From a virus (lineage: Duplodnaviria; Heunggongvirae; Uroviricota; Caudoviricetes): a DNA stretch of 64,000 nt. Positions 34,774 to 43,416 of this stretch are shown here, piece after piece; the first letter of the stretch is position 1; every line of letters begins with the position of its first letter. The translations under genes and the position numbers were made by a program. The stretch is taken from IMG/VR virus record IMGVR_UViG_3300026549_000033, positions 1 through 64,000 of that record; one strand, written 5' to 3'. The notes under the pieces were generated by a model. The model ran no database searches. It was given only the letters and a program-made list of their open reading frames with translations, and was not told the DNA's origin.

Positions 34774-36453
34774 ATGAAGAAAGAATTATCACAAGAAGCT
34801 ATAGGGCTTCTAAAGTACCTTATGAAAAATAAGGATACTGAGGATTTTAGTGGTTGCTTCGGAGCGAGTACTATTTGTCATAGAAAAGGAAGAGTTAAAG
34901 TATCATATATTCAACCTTTATTAAATGAACTTTTAAGAGCTAAAGCTATTACTCTTTCAAAAGGGTTTTTAAGAGCTCCTAAGTATATCTTAAAGACAGA
35001 TGTATCTTCTAAAATTATAGAAGAGCACGAAGAAGAGGGTACAATTTATACAGAAGAGTATCGTGAGGCTCTTAATGACGAAATTAAAAATTACAAAAAA
35101 TTTGTAATTACTACTGTAGTTATGGGGAAAGAAGTAAATAAAGAGTTTGCAGATTCTTTAAGAAATTATGCTAAAAGGAATAATGCTCTCCTGATAGCTC
35201 TCCCGTGTGAAGACGTTGTTAGTAGAGGAAAGAAGGCTCAGAAAACTTTAGAAATAAGCCCTGAATTAAGTGACTTTAGAGTAGTGTTTAAAGATACTTA
35301 TATAAATAGGAATTTATGTCTTTGCGCTATTAAAGTTTCTGCGAAACAAATAAATCCTTTAACAGGTCTTGATAGACTAACTGTTCAAAGGCAAGCTTCA
35401 ATCATTGTGGCTTCCCCAAAGGTATTTCTGAAGTATGTACCGAATATGCACTATGACATTCCTCCTGCATTAATGACTACAGGAGCTGTAACAGTAAATA
35501 ATTATGATACAGATAGATATATGTCTAAAAGAACTTCAACATTAGCTGAGGGAGACCATACTTATGGAGCTGTAATTGTAGAAGTAGAGAATGATAGTAT
35601 TTTTCATTTTAGGCATGTTCAAGCGTCTCCGTATAATTCGATAACCGACATGGGAGTTGACTACTTACCTGACGGGTCAGCTAACGCTATGAATGATACA
35701 GTTATGATAATGGGAGATTCTCATACAGGGTATCACGACAGAGAGCTGCACGAAGCAGTTATGAACGCAGCTTTAAAAACAGGAGTAGATTCTGTGTTTT
35801 TACATGACATTTTCAATGCTACTTCTGTAACTCATCATGATAAAGGTAAAGGAATTACTAGAGCAAGAAAGGCTAAAGAAAACAAACTGAACTTAGAGTT
35901 AGAACTTGCAGCCTTAAGAAATTATTTAAATATTATTAGGTTACAAGGGATGGATATATTTATAGTTCCTTCTAATCATGATACTATGCTCCTTAGGTGG
36001 CTTGAAAGTGGCGGGTACATTGACGACCCTCAGAATTATGAGTTAGGTGTTAAACTTGCAGCTGCAGCAGTTAAAGGATATGACCCTCTTCAGTACGCCA
36101 TAGAAGAAGAATTCGGTTATAAAGAAGAAAAAGTTCATTGGTTAAAAGAAGACGAAAGCTGTAAAGTCTACGACGTTGAGTGCAGTATGCACGGATCAGC
36201 GGGGGCTAATGGTTCTCGTGGTAATTTACAAATCTTTGAGAGAGGATTGGGAAATTGCGTCACAGCTCACACGCATTCTGCAGCTATAATAAGAGACGCT
36301 TTTTGTGTAGGTACTGTGGGTGTAATGGATCAAGGTTATAATAAAGGACTATCAAGTTGGACTCGTACATGCTGTTTAATTTATAAAAATGGAACAAAGC
36401 AGCTTATAAACTTTATTCCTGATAGCAAAGGTCTTTATAAGTACACTTTGTAG
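34774..36453 (+). CDS. Two-domain protein: an unknown N-terminal domain of about 300 aa plus a C-terminal calcineurin-like metallophosphoesterase.
   Basis: GDSHTGYHD, LHDIFN, VPSNHD, SMHGSAG and TAHTHSA match phosphoesterase motifs I to VI. Start taken at the second ATG (34774), which has an RBS, rather than 34738, which abuts the -10 element. Confidence 0.55.
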   Translation: MKKELSQEAIGLLKYLMKNKDTEDFSGCFGASTICHRKGRVKVSYIQPLLNELLRAKAITLSKGFLRAPKYILKTDVSSKIIEEHEEEGTIYTEEYREALNDEIKNYKKFVITTVVMGKEVNKEFADSLRNYAKRNNALLIALPCEDVVSRGKKAQKTLEISPELSDFRVVFKDTYINRNLCLCAIKVSAKQINPLTGLDRLTVQRQASIIVASPKVFLKYVPNMHYDIPPALMTTGAVTVNNYDTDRYMSKRTSTLAEGDHTYGAVIVEVENDSIFHFRHVQASPYNSITDMGVDYLPDGSANAMNDTVMIMGDSHTGYHDRELHEAVMNAALKTGVDSVFLHDIFNATSVTHHDKGKGITRARKAKENKLNLELELAALRNYLNIIRLQGMDIFIVPSNHDTMLLRWLESGGYIDDPQNYELGVKLAAAAVKGYDPLQYAIEEEFGYKEEKVHWLKEDESCKVYDVECSMHGSAGANGSRGNLQIFERGLGNCVTAHTHSAAIIRDAFCVGTVGVMDQGYNKGLSSWTRTCCLIYKNGTKQLINFIPDSKGLYKYTL

Positions 36454-36493
36454 ATGATTATATTTCTCCTTAGTTTTGTTTCCCTCCTGCAAA

Positions 36494-36523
36494 ACACCCT
36501 ACTTTAAAGATAAAGTAGGGTGT
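36494..36523. terminator. Bidirectional terminator-like hairpin between convergent genes (acaccctacttt-aaagat-aaagtagggtgt).
   Basis: 12-bp perfect stem. Weak flanking T/A runs. Confidence 0.5.
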
Positions 36524-36549
36524 TTGCCTGTTAAATTGGAGCTAACAGT

Positions 36550-38115
36550 TTAGGAATGTACTTTCTCTTTTCTCTGAAAGAGAGAAGTTATAGAGCTGAA
36601 GAACGACTTCTTGGAGATTGGGTTAGAAACTTCTTTGCGCTCTGATAGGGTAGTTACTGTTTTCGTATTAACTTTTGAAGGAACCTTAACTACTCTTTGA
36701 ATTTTCTTAGGAGATTTTTTGCTAATCGGGGATTCCATGTATTCCTGAAAAACTTCTTTTAAGTCATTCATAGAGTACCCTACATATGCCCTTTGATTAA
36801 TAATAAGGGGGATAATAGGTAAATCTTTGATTGCGTTTTCCGCTTTTGTCATTGATGTAGCTCGTTTACCGCTTAACTTCCTTCTGTAGAATTGTTTAAA
36901 AGTTACATAAAGGTTATTATCCACAGTGGTTTTAAATTTAGGTAATGGGCTTTCTGATAGTTGGTATTTTAACGCAGTGGCCCCTGGTTGTCCTTTTTTG
37001 TAATCCCATCCTACAACTTTTAATTTTTTAGCTTTTCTAAGGTCTTTTATTATACCTTTTACATAAGACTTGTTAGCCTTTATATATTGAGCCATTTGAG
37101 AAAGAGTATATGGTGTTCTTAAATTTTGTTGCAAAATATTAAGAATTTCTTTTTTCATTTCTTCACGACCTCTGTACAAAGGAGTGTGTGATACTTTCTC
37201 TTCTTCAAATTTCATAGTTGTTTGTAAAGGTTGTTTGTTCATGATTTTTTCCATTACGGAGACAGGGTACCCTGAGCAAATTCCCCTTGTGGAATGGAAA
37301 AGTACAGAAGGTACTTTATTATCTCTTAAAGAGGCTGTTAAAACGTCCTTAGCCCTGATTACAGAACCGTACTTATCTACGTTCTCTTTTAAGAAAGAAG
37401 CAATAGTGTTATACCCGTCTTTTTTGGAGTATGTTTTTACTTCTTTCAAGTCACTCTCGGTAACTTGATACAGAAGAGTATGATTTCCTGTTGGATTTGG
37501 GATATAATCCACGATTTTAACTAACCCTAATGTTCTCAAAGAAAGTAGACTTGTCCTAACTGACCCTATTTTGACATTTGTAAACTTACTTATTTCTTCA
37601 GAACCAATTGGTCTGCTCATATTCTGCGCCAAATAGGATAGGATTTTTGTGCAATTTGTGTCTTCAGCTTGGTCCTCTTTAGATTTTACACTTTTCTTAG
37701 CAGGGGTAGAAGCTATATAAGTTTCAAAATCATACAGTTCGTCGTGAGAACGGTGGCTGTTGAAAGATTCAACAAGTGCCTTAATTTCATTTTTTGCACT
37801 GTCTCTTTGGGCATTAACCCACTTTTGGTACATTTTACCATTGTACATAGTAGGTCTAAGGTCGCAATTGCAAGAATAGCATCTTGGGTATAGCCCGTGA
37901 GGTCCATTAGTAATAGTTAGTTCTTCCCCGCATTTGATACATTTTGTTTGAAGAGGCTGACCCTGCAAATAAAATTCAGCTTCTGTAAAATTTTCCCCTA
38001 AAACAAAGTTGCACTTTTCATTTGCACATCTGAAATAGGAATTTTTTGTTGTCGCGTTTGTCACTTTAATAATTCTGTCACCGCACAGCGGGCATTTCGT
38101 TGGTCTTTTTTTCAT
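36550..38115 (-). CDS. DNA-binding protein with N-terminal topoisomerase-type zinc ribbons and repeated winged-helix-like segments, 521 aa (putative regulator).
   Basis: CPLCGDRII ... FRCANEKCNF and CIKCGEELT ... CYSCNC zinc ribbons. Several wHTH-like segments (KIGSVRTSLLSLRTLGLVKIV). Confidence 0.5.
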   Translation of the reverse strand: MKKRPTKCPLCGDRIIKVTNATTKNSYFRCANEKCNFVLGENFTEAEFYLQGQPLQTKCIKCGEELTITNGPHGLYPRCYSCNCDLRPTMYNGKMYQKWVNAQRDSAKNEIKALVESFNSHRSHDELYDFETYIASTPAKKSVKSKEDQAEDTNCTKILSYLAQNMSRPIGSEEISKFTNVKIGSVRTSLLSLRTLGLVKIVDYIPNPTGNHTLLYQVTESDLKEVKTYSKKDGYNTIASFLKENVDKYGSVIRAKDVLTASLRDNKVPSVLFHSTRGICSGYPVSVMEKIMNKQPLQTTMKFEEEKVSHTPLYRGREEMKKEILNILQQNLRTPYTLSQMAQYIKANKSYVKGIIKDLRKAKKLKVVGWDYKKGQPGATALKYQLSESPLPKFKTTVDNNLYVTFKQFYRRKLSGKRATSMTKAENAIKDLPIIPLIINQRAYVGYSMNDLKEVFQEYMESPISKKSPKKIQRVVKVPSKVNTKTVTTLSERKEVSNPISKKSFFSSITSLFQRKEKVHS

Positions 38116-38211
38116 AACTTGTTAGCTCCTTTCATTTAGTTATGTAGTTTTAGCATGATTTACGAGACTAAGCATAGCATGCTAAGAAGCAGATGTCAAG
38201 GTTATATAAGA

Positions 38212-38245
38212 AAAAGCCCTTATAACTGTATTATAAGGACCTTGT
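38212..38245 (-). terminator. Rho-independent terminator for the minus-strand HTH gene (ccttataa-tacag-ttataagg followed by gcttttt on the minus strand).
   Basis: 8-bp inverted repeat plus a T-run on the transcribed minus strand. Confidence 0.55.
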
Positions 38246-38277
38246 TTTAATGGAATTAAGATATTGTGATTATGAAT

Positions 38278-38763
38278 TTAATATTTTATTTTTTCTATTT
38301 TAAAGGGATTTCTTAATATTAACTTATACTTGAATAAAGCTTTAATTAAGGCTTTAAAGCAAGACTCTTTTTGTTCTTCTTTGGAAGCTAATGACACAGG
38401 CATATTTCCGTTAATTATATTTTCAGAAAATATTTCTGTAAGGGGCATTTTTATGGCATGGCATATTACTAAAAGACTTTCAATTCGGGGAAGTTTCTTT
38501 CCTGTTTCCATGTCTGAAATTACTGCAATAGATACATTTGTTTTACTATAAAGCTTTCTCAGGGACATTCCGCTTCTTTCCCTGTAAACTTTAAAGATTT
38601 CTCCTATTTGTTTTGTTAAGTTTTTATAAGCTTGATTCCTGCGTGGGCTTTTTTTAACTTTCTCTTCTGACTTCACTCTTTCCCTCTTTAAAAATTGAGG
38701 TTCTGTGATTTCTTCTGTCCACGGTATACTGCTATAAGCCATTCTATACTTCTCTCCTTGCAT
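38278..38763 (-). CDS. XRE-family helix-turn-helix transcriptional regulator, 161 aa.
   Basis: SLRKLYSKTNVSIAVISDMETGKKLPRIESLLVICHAIKMPLTEIF resembles an HTH_3 domain. Confidence 0.6.
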   Translation of the reverse strand: MQGEKYRMAYSSIPWTEEITEPQFLKRERVKSEEKVKKSPRRNQAYKNLTKQIGEIFKVYRERSGMSLRKLYSKTNVSIAVISDMETGKKLPRIESLLVICHAIKMPLTEIFSENIINGNMPVSLASKEEQKESCFKALIKALFKYKLILRNPFKIEKIKY

Positions 38764-38799
38764 GTTCTATATTACCACTTTTCTGAAAATTAGTCAAAT

Positions 38800-38828
38800 T
38801 TGACAGGTTTAAAAATCTGATTTATAAT
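38800..38828 (+). promoter_or_regulatory. Promoter TTGACA-N17-TATAAT, divergent from the regulator gene.
   Basis: ttgaca at 38800-38805, a 17-nt spacer, tataat at 38823-38828. Confidence 0.6.
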
Positions 38829-38850
38829 TGTTTTAAAAGGAGAGATAAAA

Positions 38851-39249
38851 TTGGCTATATTACCACTTAAAGATTTAGCACATATTTCATTTAAGGAAGT
38901 AGAACCTTACTGGGAAGATTTTGTTGAACTATGTAACCTTTATTTAGACCATAAACCGCCAATTATAGGATATAGGGGAAATCTCTATGTCGTAAGCTTA
39001 AGTAGCTTATGGAGTGAGTATGCACCTGACATTACACGATATCCTTATGAAAGATTTGGTAATCCTGACTACTTCGGCAAAAGATTCAGAGTTAGTATAT
39101 TTGACATAATGAATAATAAAACTGTAGGAGACGGAACTTTTGATATGGCCTTTCCGAGCACGGATTGCCATGCCATGCCTGAAGTTAGAAAAGCCATAAG
39201 AAATGCTATAATTAAAATAAATATGAAATCAACAGATTATTATAAATAA
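38851..39249 (+). CDS. Hypothetical protein, 132 aa.
   Basis: ORF. Confidence 0.5.
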   Translation: MAILPLKDLAHISFKEVEPYWEDFVELCNLYLDHKPPIIGYRGNLYVVSLSSLWSEYAPDITRYPYERFGNPDYFGKRFRVSIFDIMNNKTVGDGTFDMAFPSTDCHAMPEVRKAIRNAIIKINMKSTDYYK

Positions 39250-39261
39250 GGAGAGATTAAA

Positions 39262-39468
39262 TTGAAAGATGGAGAGAGAAGAATAACAATAACCTGCTAT
39301 GACGACGAGGGCTATGATTTAGTGACTCATTATCCTTTGTACGAGATCATAGAAACTACTAAGGAAACAGGTTTATGCTTTTGCACATTTTCTGACAACA
39401 GAAGAGTTTATGTAGAAAAGACTAAAGCAGGCTATACAATAAAAGCATGGAGAGAGGAAAGAAAATAA
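39262..39468 (+). CDS. Hypothetical protein, 68 aa (TTG start).
   Basis: ORF with a taaggagag RBS. Confidence 0.4.
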   Translation: MKDGERRITITCYDDEGYDLVTHYPLYEIIETTKETGLCFCTFSDNRRVYVEKTKAGYTIKAWREERK

Positions 39469-40064
39469 TGACAAGAAAAGTAATTGCTTTTTGTGGTTTT
39501 GAGCAATCAGGTAAAAACTACAGTTGTAAAAGATTAATGACAACAATGGGGTTTATTAAAACGTCATTCGCTAATACTCTCAGAGACGTGGCGTTCCATA
39601 CTTTAGGAATTCCTTTTGACGAGGGCATGCTTAAATATGAAGAACTTAAGAAAACTCCTATGTACAACGATTTAACATTTCGTAATATTTTAGAAAATTT
39701 AGGTTCGGCAATTCGCAAGTATGACGAAGACTTTTGGGCTAAAGGAGTTCTTAAGTTTATTCAAAGTACTCCAAAAAATGTATGTATTGACGATTTAAGA
39801 TATCCTAACGAATTTAAAGTTGTTAAGAAATATTGCGAAGATAATGGCATAGAGTTTAAGCTTATTTTTTGTGATTATCACAGCGAAGGTTATCGTGATG
39901 ATAATCCTCATGAGTCTGCACAGCTCGCTAAATTTTTAAAAGGTAGAGGATATAAAGACCAAGAAGAAGTAGATGGCTTTGATATTGCAGAGTATGAGCT
40001 ATATCTGTACCAAGAAAAGAATAATTGTATTGAGAGTTTAAATTTATCAGTAGAAGTTAAATAA
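39468..40064 (+). CDS. Deoxynucleoside monophosphate kinase (T4 gp1-like).
   Basis: Short N-terminus then a CGFEQSGKNY P-loop resembling the T4 dNMP kinase SGVKRSGKDT motif. Size about 198 aa. Confidence 0.55.
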   Translation: MTRKVIAFCGFEQSGKNYSCKRLMTTMGFIKTSFANTLRDVAFHTLGIPFDEGMLKYEELKKTPMYNDLTFRNILENLGSAIRKYDEDFWAKGVLKFIQSTPKNVCIDDLRYPNEFKVVKKYCEDNGIEFKLIFCDYHSEGYRDDNPHESAQLAKFLKGRGYKDQEEVDGFDIAEYELYLYQEKNNCIESLNLSVEVK

Positions 40065-40075
40065 GGAGAGATTGA

Positions 40076-40285
40076 ATGAAAGACATAATTGCAACACTTG
40101 TAACTTTTGCAGTTTTGTTTGGAGTTTGCACAGGAATTACCTGCATATGTGAAAACTACAGGTGTTCAGAAGTAGGTAAAACATTAAACTATAAAACAGA
40201 ATGGCATTATTGGACAGGTTGTGTAGTTACAAAACCTGACGGAAATAAAGTATTATTAAAACAAATGAGAGATACGGAGAAATAA
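40076..40285 (+). CDS. Small membrane or Cys-rich protein, 69 aa.
   Basis: N-terminal hydrophobic helix. CTGITCICENYRC. Confidence 0.4.
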   Translation: MKDIIATLVTFAVLFGVCTGITCICENYRCSEVGKTLNYKTEWHYWTGCVVTKPDGNKVLLKQMRDTEK

Positions 40286-40286
40286 A

Positions 40287-40826
40287 ATGAATAGAAAAGA
40301 TAATTATATAGGTACACATTTAGTGATGGATATAACTTCTTATAATAGAGAAGCTTTAAGGGACGAGGGTAAGGTAAGCTCATATTTATCAGATCTTATC
40401 AGATTAGCAGATATGACTTGTTTAGTAGCACCGCAGACTTTTAAGTTCCCTTTTGATAATGAGTATAAGAAGTTCTTGGAAAAGTTAAGGGAAGAAGGAA
40501 CAACTTCTCCTTTAATTGAAGAAAAGTTAGCTATGCTTGATTATAATGAAACTGAAGGTTCGGGAATTACAGGAATCACTGTACTTTGTGAAAGTCATGC
40601 TGCAGTGCATACATTTCCTGAAAAAGACGACCCATTCATGTCAGTCTGCCTGTACTCTTGCAAGTCATTTGACGCAGACAAAATTATAGAATATACTAAT
40701 GAGTACTGGGAAGTTAAGGATAACCACATAGTAGTTATGCAAAGACACGTAGGACTTCCTCAGCAAATTGAACAAAAGGAATTACATCTTAAAAAGAACA
40801 GCAAAGTAATAGAATTGGTAAGATAA
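40287..40826 (+). CDS. S-adenosylmethionine decarboxylase proenzyme (pyruvoyl-dependent, SpeD/SpeH-like).
   Basis: TVLCESHAAVHTFPEKDDPFMSVCLYSC matches the ESHxxxHTWPE ... C motif around the self-cleavage Ser. Confidence 0.6.
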   Translation: MNRKDNYIGTHLVMDITSYNREALRDEGKVSSYLSDLIRLADMTCLVAPQTFKFPFDNEYKKFLEKLREEGTTSPLIEEKLAMLDYNETEGSGITGITVLCESHAAVHTFPEKDDPFMSVCLYSCKSFDADKIIEYTNEYWEVKDNHIVVMQRHVGLPQQIEQKELHLKKNSKVIELVR

Positions 40827-41416
40827 TGAGTAAAGAAGTTTGGATATGGAGTGACCCACATTTCGGTCATGAAAATTGTTACACGAAATTTAAAAATTAT
40901 GATGGGACTCCCATGCGTCCTTGGAACAACATGCAAGAAGCTGAAGAATATATGATTCAAGAGTATAATAAACTTGTTCATGAGGGAGATACGTGCTATT
41001 GGTTAGGTGATATTTGTGGTATTCAAACTTACGCAGAGAAAATAATGCCAAGATTTAATAAGTCACGAAGAATTTTAGTATTAGGTAATCACGACGCAAA
41101 GCTAGGGGCAAAATACTGGTTAAAATGGTTTAATAATATTCGTGGAGACTTTAATAGAGAAAATCATATTTTTAGCCACTTCCCTGTTTGCTCAGGTTCT
41201 AAAGGTAGGTTCAAAAGAAATGTACATGGACATACCCATAGTAATTTTATTACTATAAATAACGAAGGTAAAATCAAAGACATGTGGTACAGGAATGTAT
41301 CTGTTGAAGCTATAAAATTTCGCCCTATTAATTTTTCTGAAATTCTAGAAGAAACAGAGAGATTTATCAATAAAGGACTTATAGTTATACCTGAAAAAGG
41401 TGACTCAATAGTTTAG
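40826..41416 (+). CDS. Calcineurin-like metallophosphoesterase, 196 aa.
   Basis: WSDPHFGH, WLGDICG, LGNHDAK, HGHTHS. Confidence 0.65.
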   Translation: MSKEVWIWSDPHFGHENCYTKFKNYDGTPMRPWNNMQEAEEYMIQEYNKLVHEGDTCYWLGDICGIQTYAEKIMPRFNKSRRILVLGNHDAKLGAKYWLKWFNNIRGDFNRENHIFSHFPVCSGSKGRFKRNVHGHTHSNFITINNEGKIKDMWYRNVSVEAIKFRPINFSEILEETERFINKGLIVIPEKGDSIV

Positions 41417-41440
41417 ACTTTGCTTTAAAGGATTACAGAA

Positions 41441-42361
41441 ATGAATAAATTTAAAAAAAGTGGAGTATATTGCATAAAGAACTTAAAAAATGGTAAGGTA
41501 TATGTAGGAAGCTCAAAGAATTTAGAGCACCGAAGAACTGAGCATTTTAATTCTCTGTTAAAAGGAAACCATCATTGTTCTCATCTACAGAAATCTTATA
41601 ATAAGTATGGATTAAAGTACTTTATATTTTGTGTAATAGAATATGTAGAAGGTAAAAATAAGTTAGAACAACAGGAATTAAGATGGTTTCATTATTATAA
41701 TGTAGGTAATCATAGCAAGTGTTATAACACATGCTTTTATGTAGGTTCACCAAGAGGAATAAGGCATTCTGAGGAAACCAAGAGAAAGTTGAGTGCTGCT
41801 CGAAAAGGTAAAAAATTTACAGAGGAGCATAAAAGACATTTAAGTGAAAGTAATAAAGGACAAAAAAGGACAGAAGAGCAAAGAAAACATCTAAGAGAAG
41901 CAATTTTAAAAAGAGGATTTACTGATGCTCAAAGGTGTGCTTTGAAGAAACGAAATGACACTTATAAAAAAGGGTACAATCCTAACGCCAAAAAAGTAAT
42001 TTGCGTCGAAACAATGGAAGTTTTTGAAACATTAAATGAGGCGTTAGAGTTTAGTAAGGGTAAAGATCGGGCTGCTTTAAGCCGTAGCTGTAAGAATAGA
42101 ATCCCTTATAGAGGAAAGCACTACCTATTCTTAAAAGATTTTCGTAAATTGACTCACATAGAACTGGAAAAACTTTTGTTAGTAAAATCTAAGTGGAGTA
42201 TTCATGTCCATACTCATATTAAGTGCATTGAGGATGAAAAAGAGTTTAGAAGCATAAGTGATGCTTCTAAATATTACCATGTAAGTCGGGACACAATTAG
42301 TAAATACTTAAAGTTAAAAAAGACAATCCCGAAACAAAACTTAACTTTTATAAAATTATAA
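41441..42361 (+). mobile_element. Free-standing GIY-YIG homing endonuclease with NUMOD3 repeats.
   Basis: GVYCIKNLKNGKVYVGSSKNLEHRRTEH (GIY-YIG motif). Three repeats of xHSEETKRKLS / HKRHLSESNKG / QRKHLREA (NUMOD3-like). C-terminal DNA-binding region. Confidence 0.75.
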
Positions 42362-42380
42362 GTAAAAAGGAGAGAAAATA

Positions 42381-42785
42381 ATGATGAAGGAACCAATGCC
42401 TTTTTCAAAATTTAAGTTATTAATGAATGTGCTATTAGAGTTTCAACAAAAGAAAGATAAGGTTTCTGATTTCTTTGAGAAAGAGCTAATGGAAAATTCT
42501 TGGTGCATAATAACTTTTGGAGATACTGTAGAAAGTGCTCTAATCAATTTAATGGCTGACGAATTTGAGTGCTGGTATACCTTTAAAGACGACATTAAAG
42601 AATTTGATTGGTGGCAAGCTGAGAATAAGTACGGCATGGAAAACGACATAGAAACTTGGCTATACTCATTAGACGAGCACAAGTCAATAACTGTGAATGG
42701 AAAAGAAATAGACATTTCAAGTATTGAAAGCTTTTATGATTTCTTAGTTTCTCAGTATAAGGAGAAGCATAATTTGACAGATTAA
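42381..42785 (+). CDS. Hypothetical protein, 134 aa.
   Basis: ORF. Confidence 0.5.
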   Translation: MMKEPMPFSKFKLLMNVLLEFQQKKDKVSDFFEKELMENSWCIITFGDTVESALINLMADEFECWYTFKDDIKEFDWWQAENKYGMENDIETWLYSLDEHKSITVNGKEIDISSIESFYDFLVSQYKEKHNLTD

Positions 42786-42828
42786 AAATTTTGATGTAAA
42801 ATTAACTTAAGAGAGGGAAATAACAAGA

Positions 42829-43404
42829 ATGAATGTAGACCGTGACTACACAAAACAGGTAAGGTTATATTTAGGAAAGAGCAATTGGGAGTATATAGGT
42901 AAAACAACTCCTGCAGAGCATGCTTTATTTCAAAAACAGGAATTGGATTTAACCAAGTCTTATATTATTTATGGAAATAGAGAGCTCCTCCTTAAATTTA
43001 AAGCCTTTTACCTTACTAGGTGTATAAAGTCAAAGCCTTTATATATGCAGTGCTATGTGGACGAGTATGCTTCAGCCCTTATGTCAAATACTAAAGACGA
43101 TTATGGCTTGAACATAGACCAAGACTTAATATTTCTTTACATACATGAGTACAGTGTCTCTAAATTAGGTCGCTCAGAAGCGTGGCTTACTGAAACAATT
43201 CTTAATAAGGTTGCGAGCAGGAATAGAGACGGGTTAGTAACGATAGTCTTAAGTGAAGTAAAAGTACAACCTTTAACAGAATCTCCTGAACTTGAAGTTA
43301 TTAACCTTTCGAAAGTTATCATAAAGGAAAGTGTACGAACTATTTTATCGGAGAGTAAATTTGTTAACGGTGAAGGAGGCTCTAACGGAGGAGCAGTATA
43401 CTAA
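42829..43404 (+). CDS. Hypothetical protein, 191 aa (possible helicase accessory factor, by position).
   Basis: Immediately upstream of the DnaB-like helicase. Confidence 0.4.
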   Translation: MNVDRDYTKQVRLYLGKSNWEYIGKTTPAEHALFQKQELDLTKSYIIYGNRELLLKFKAFYLTRCIKSKPLYMQCYVDEYASALMSNTKDDYGLNIDQDLIFLYIHEYSVSKLGRSEAWLTETILNKVASRNRDGLVTIVLSEVKVQPLTESPELEVINLSKVIIKESVRTILSESKFVNGEGGSNGGAVY

Positions 43405-43416
43405 AGAGAGAATAAG

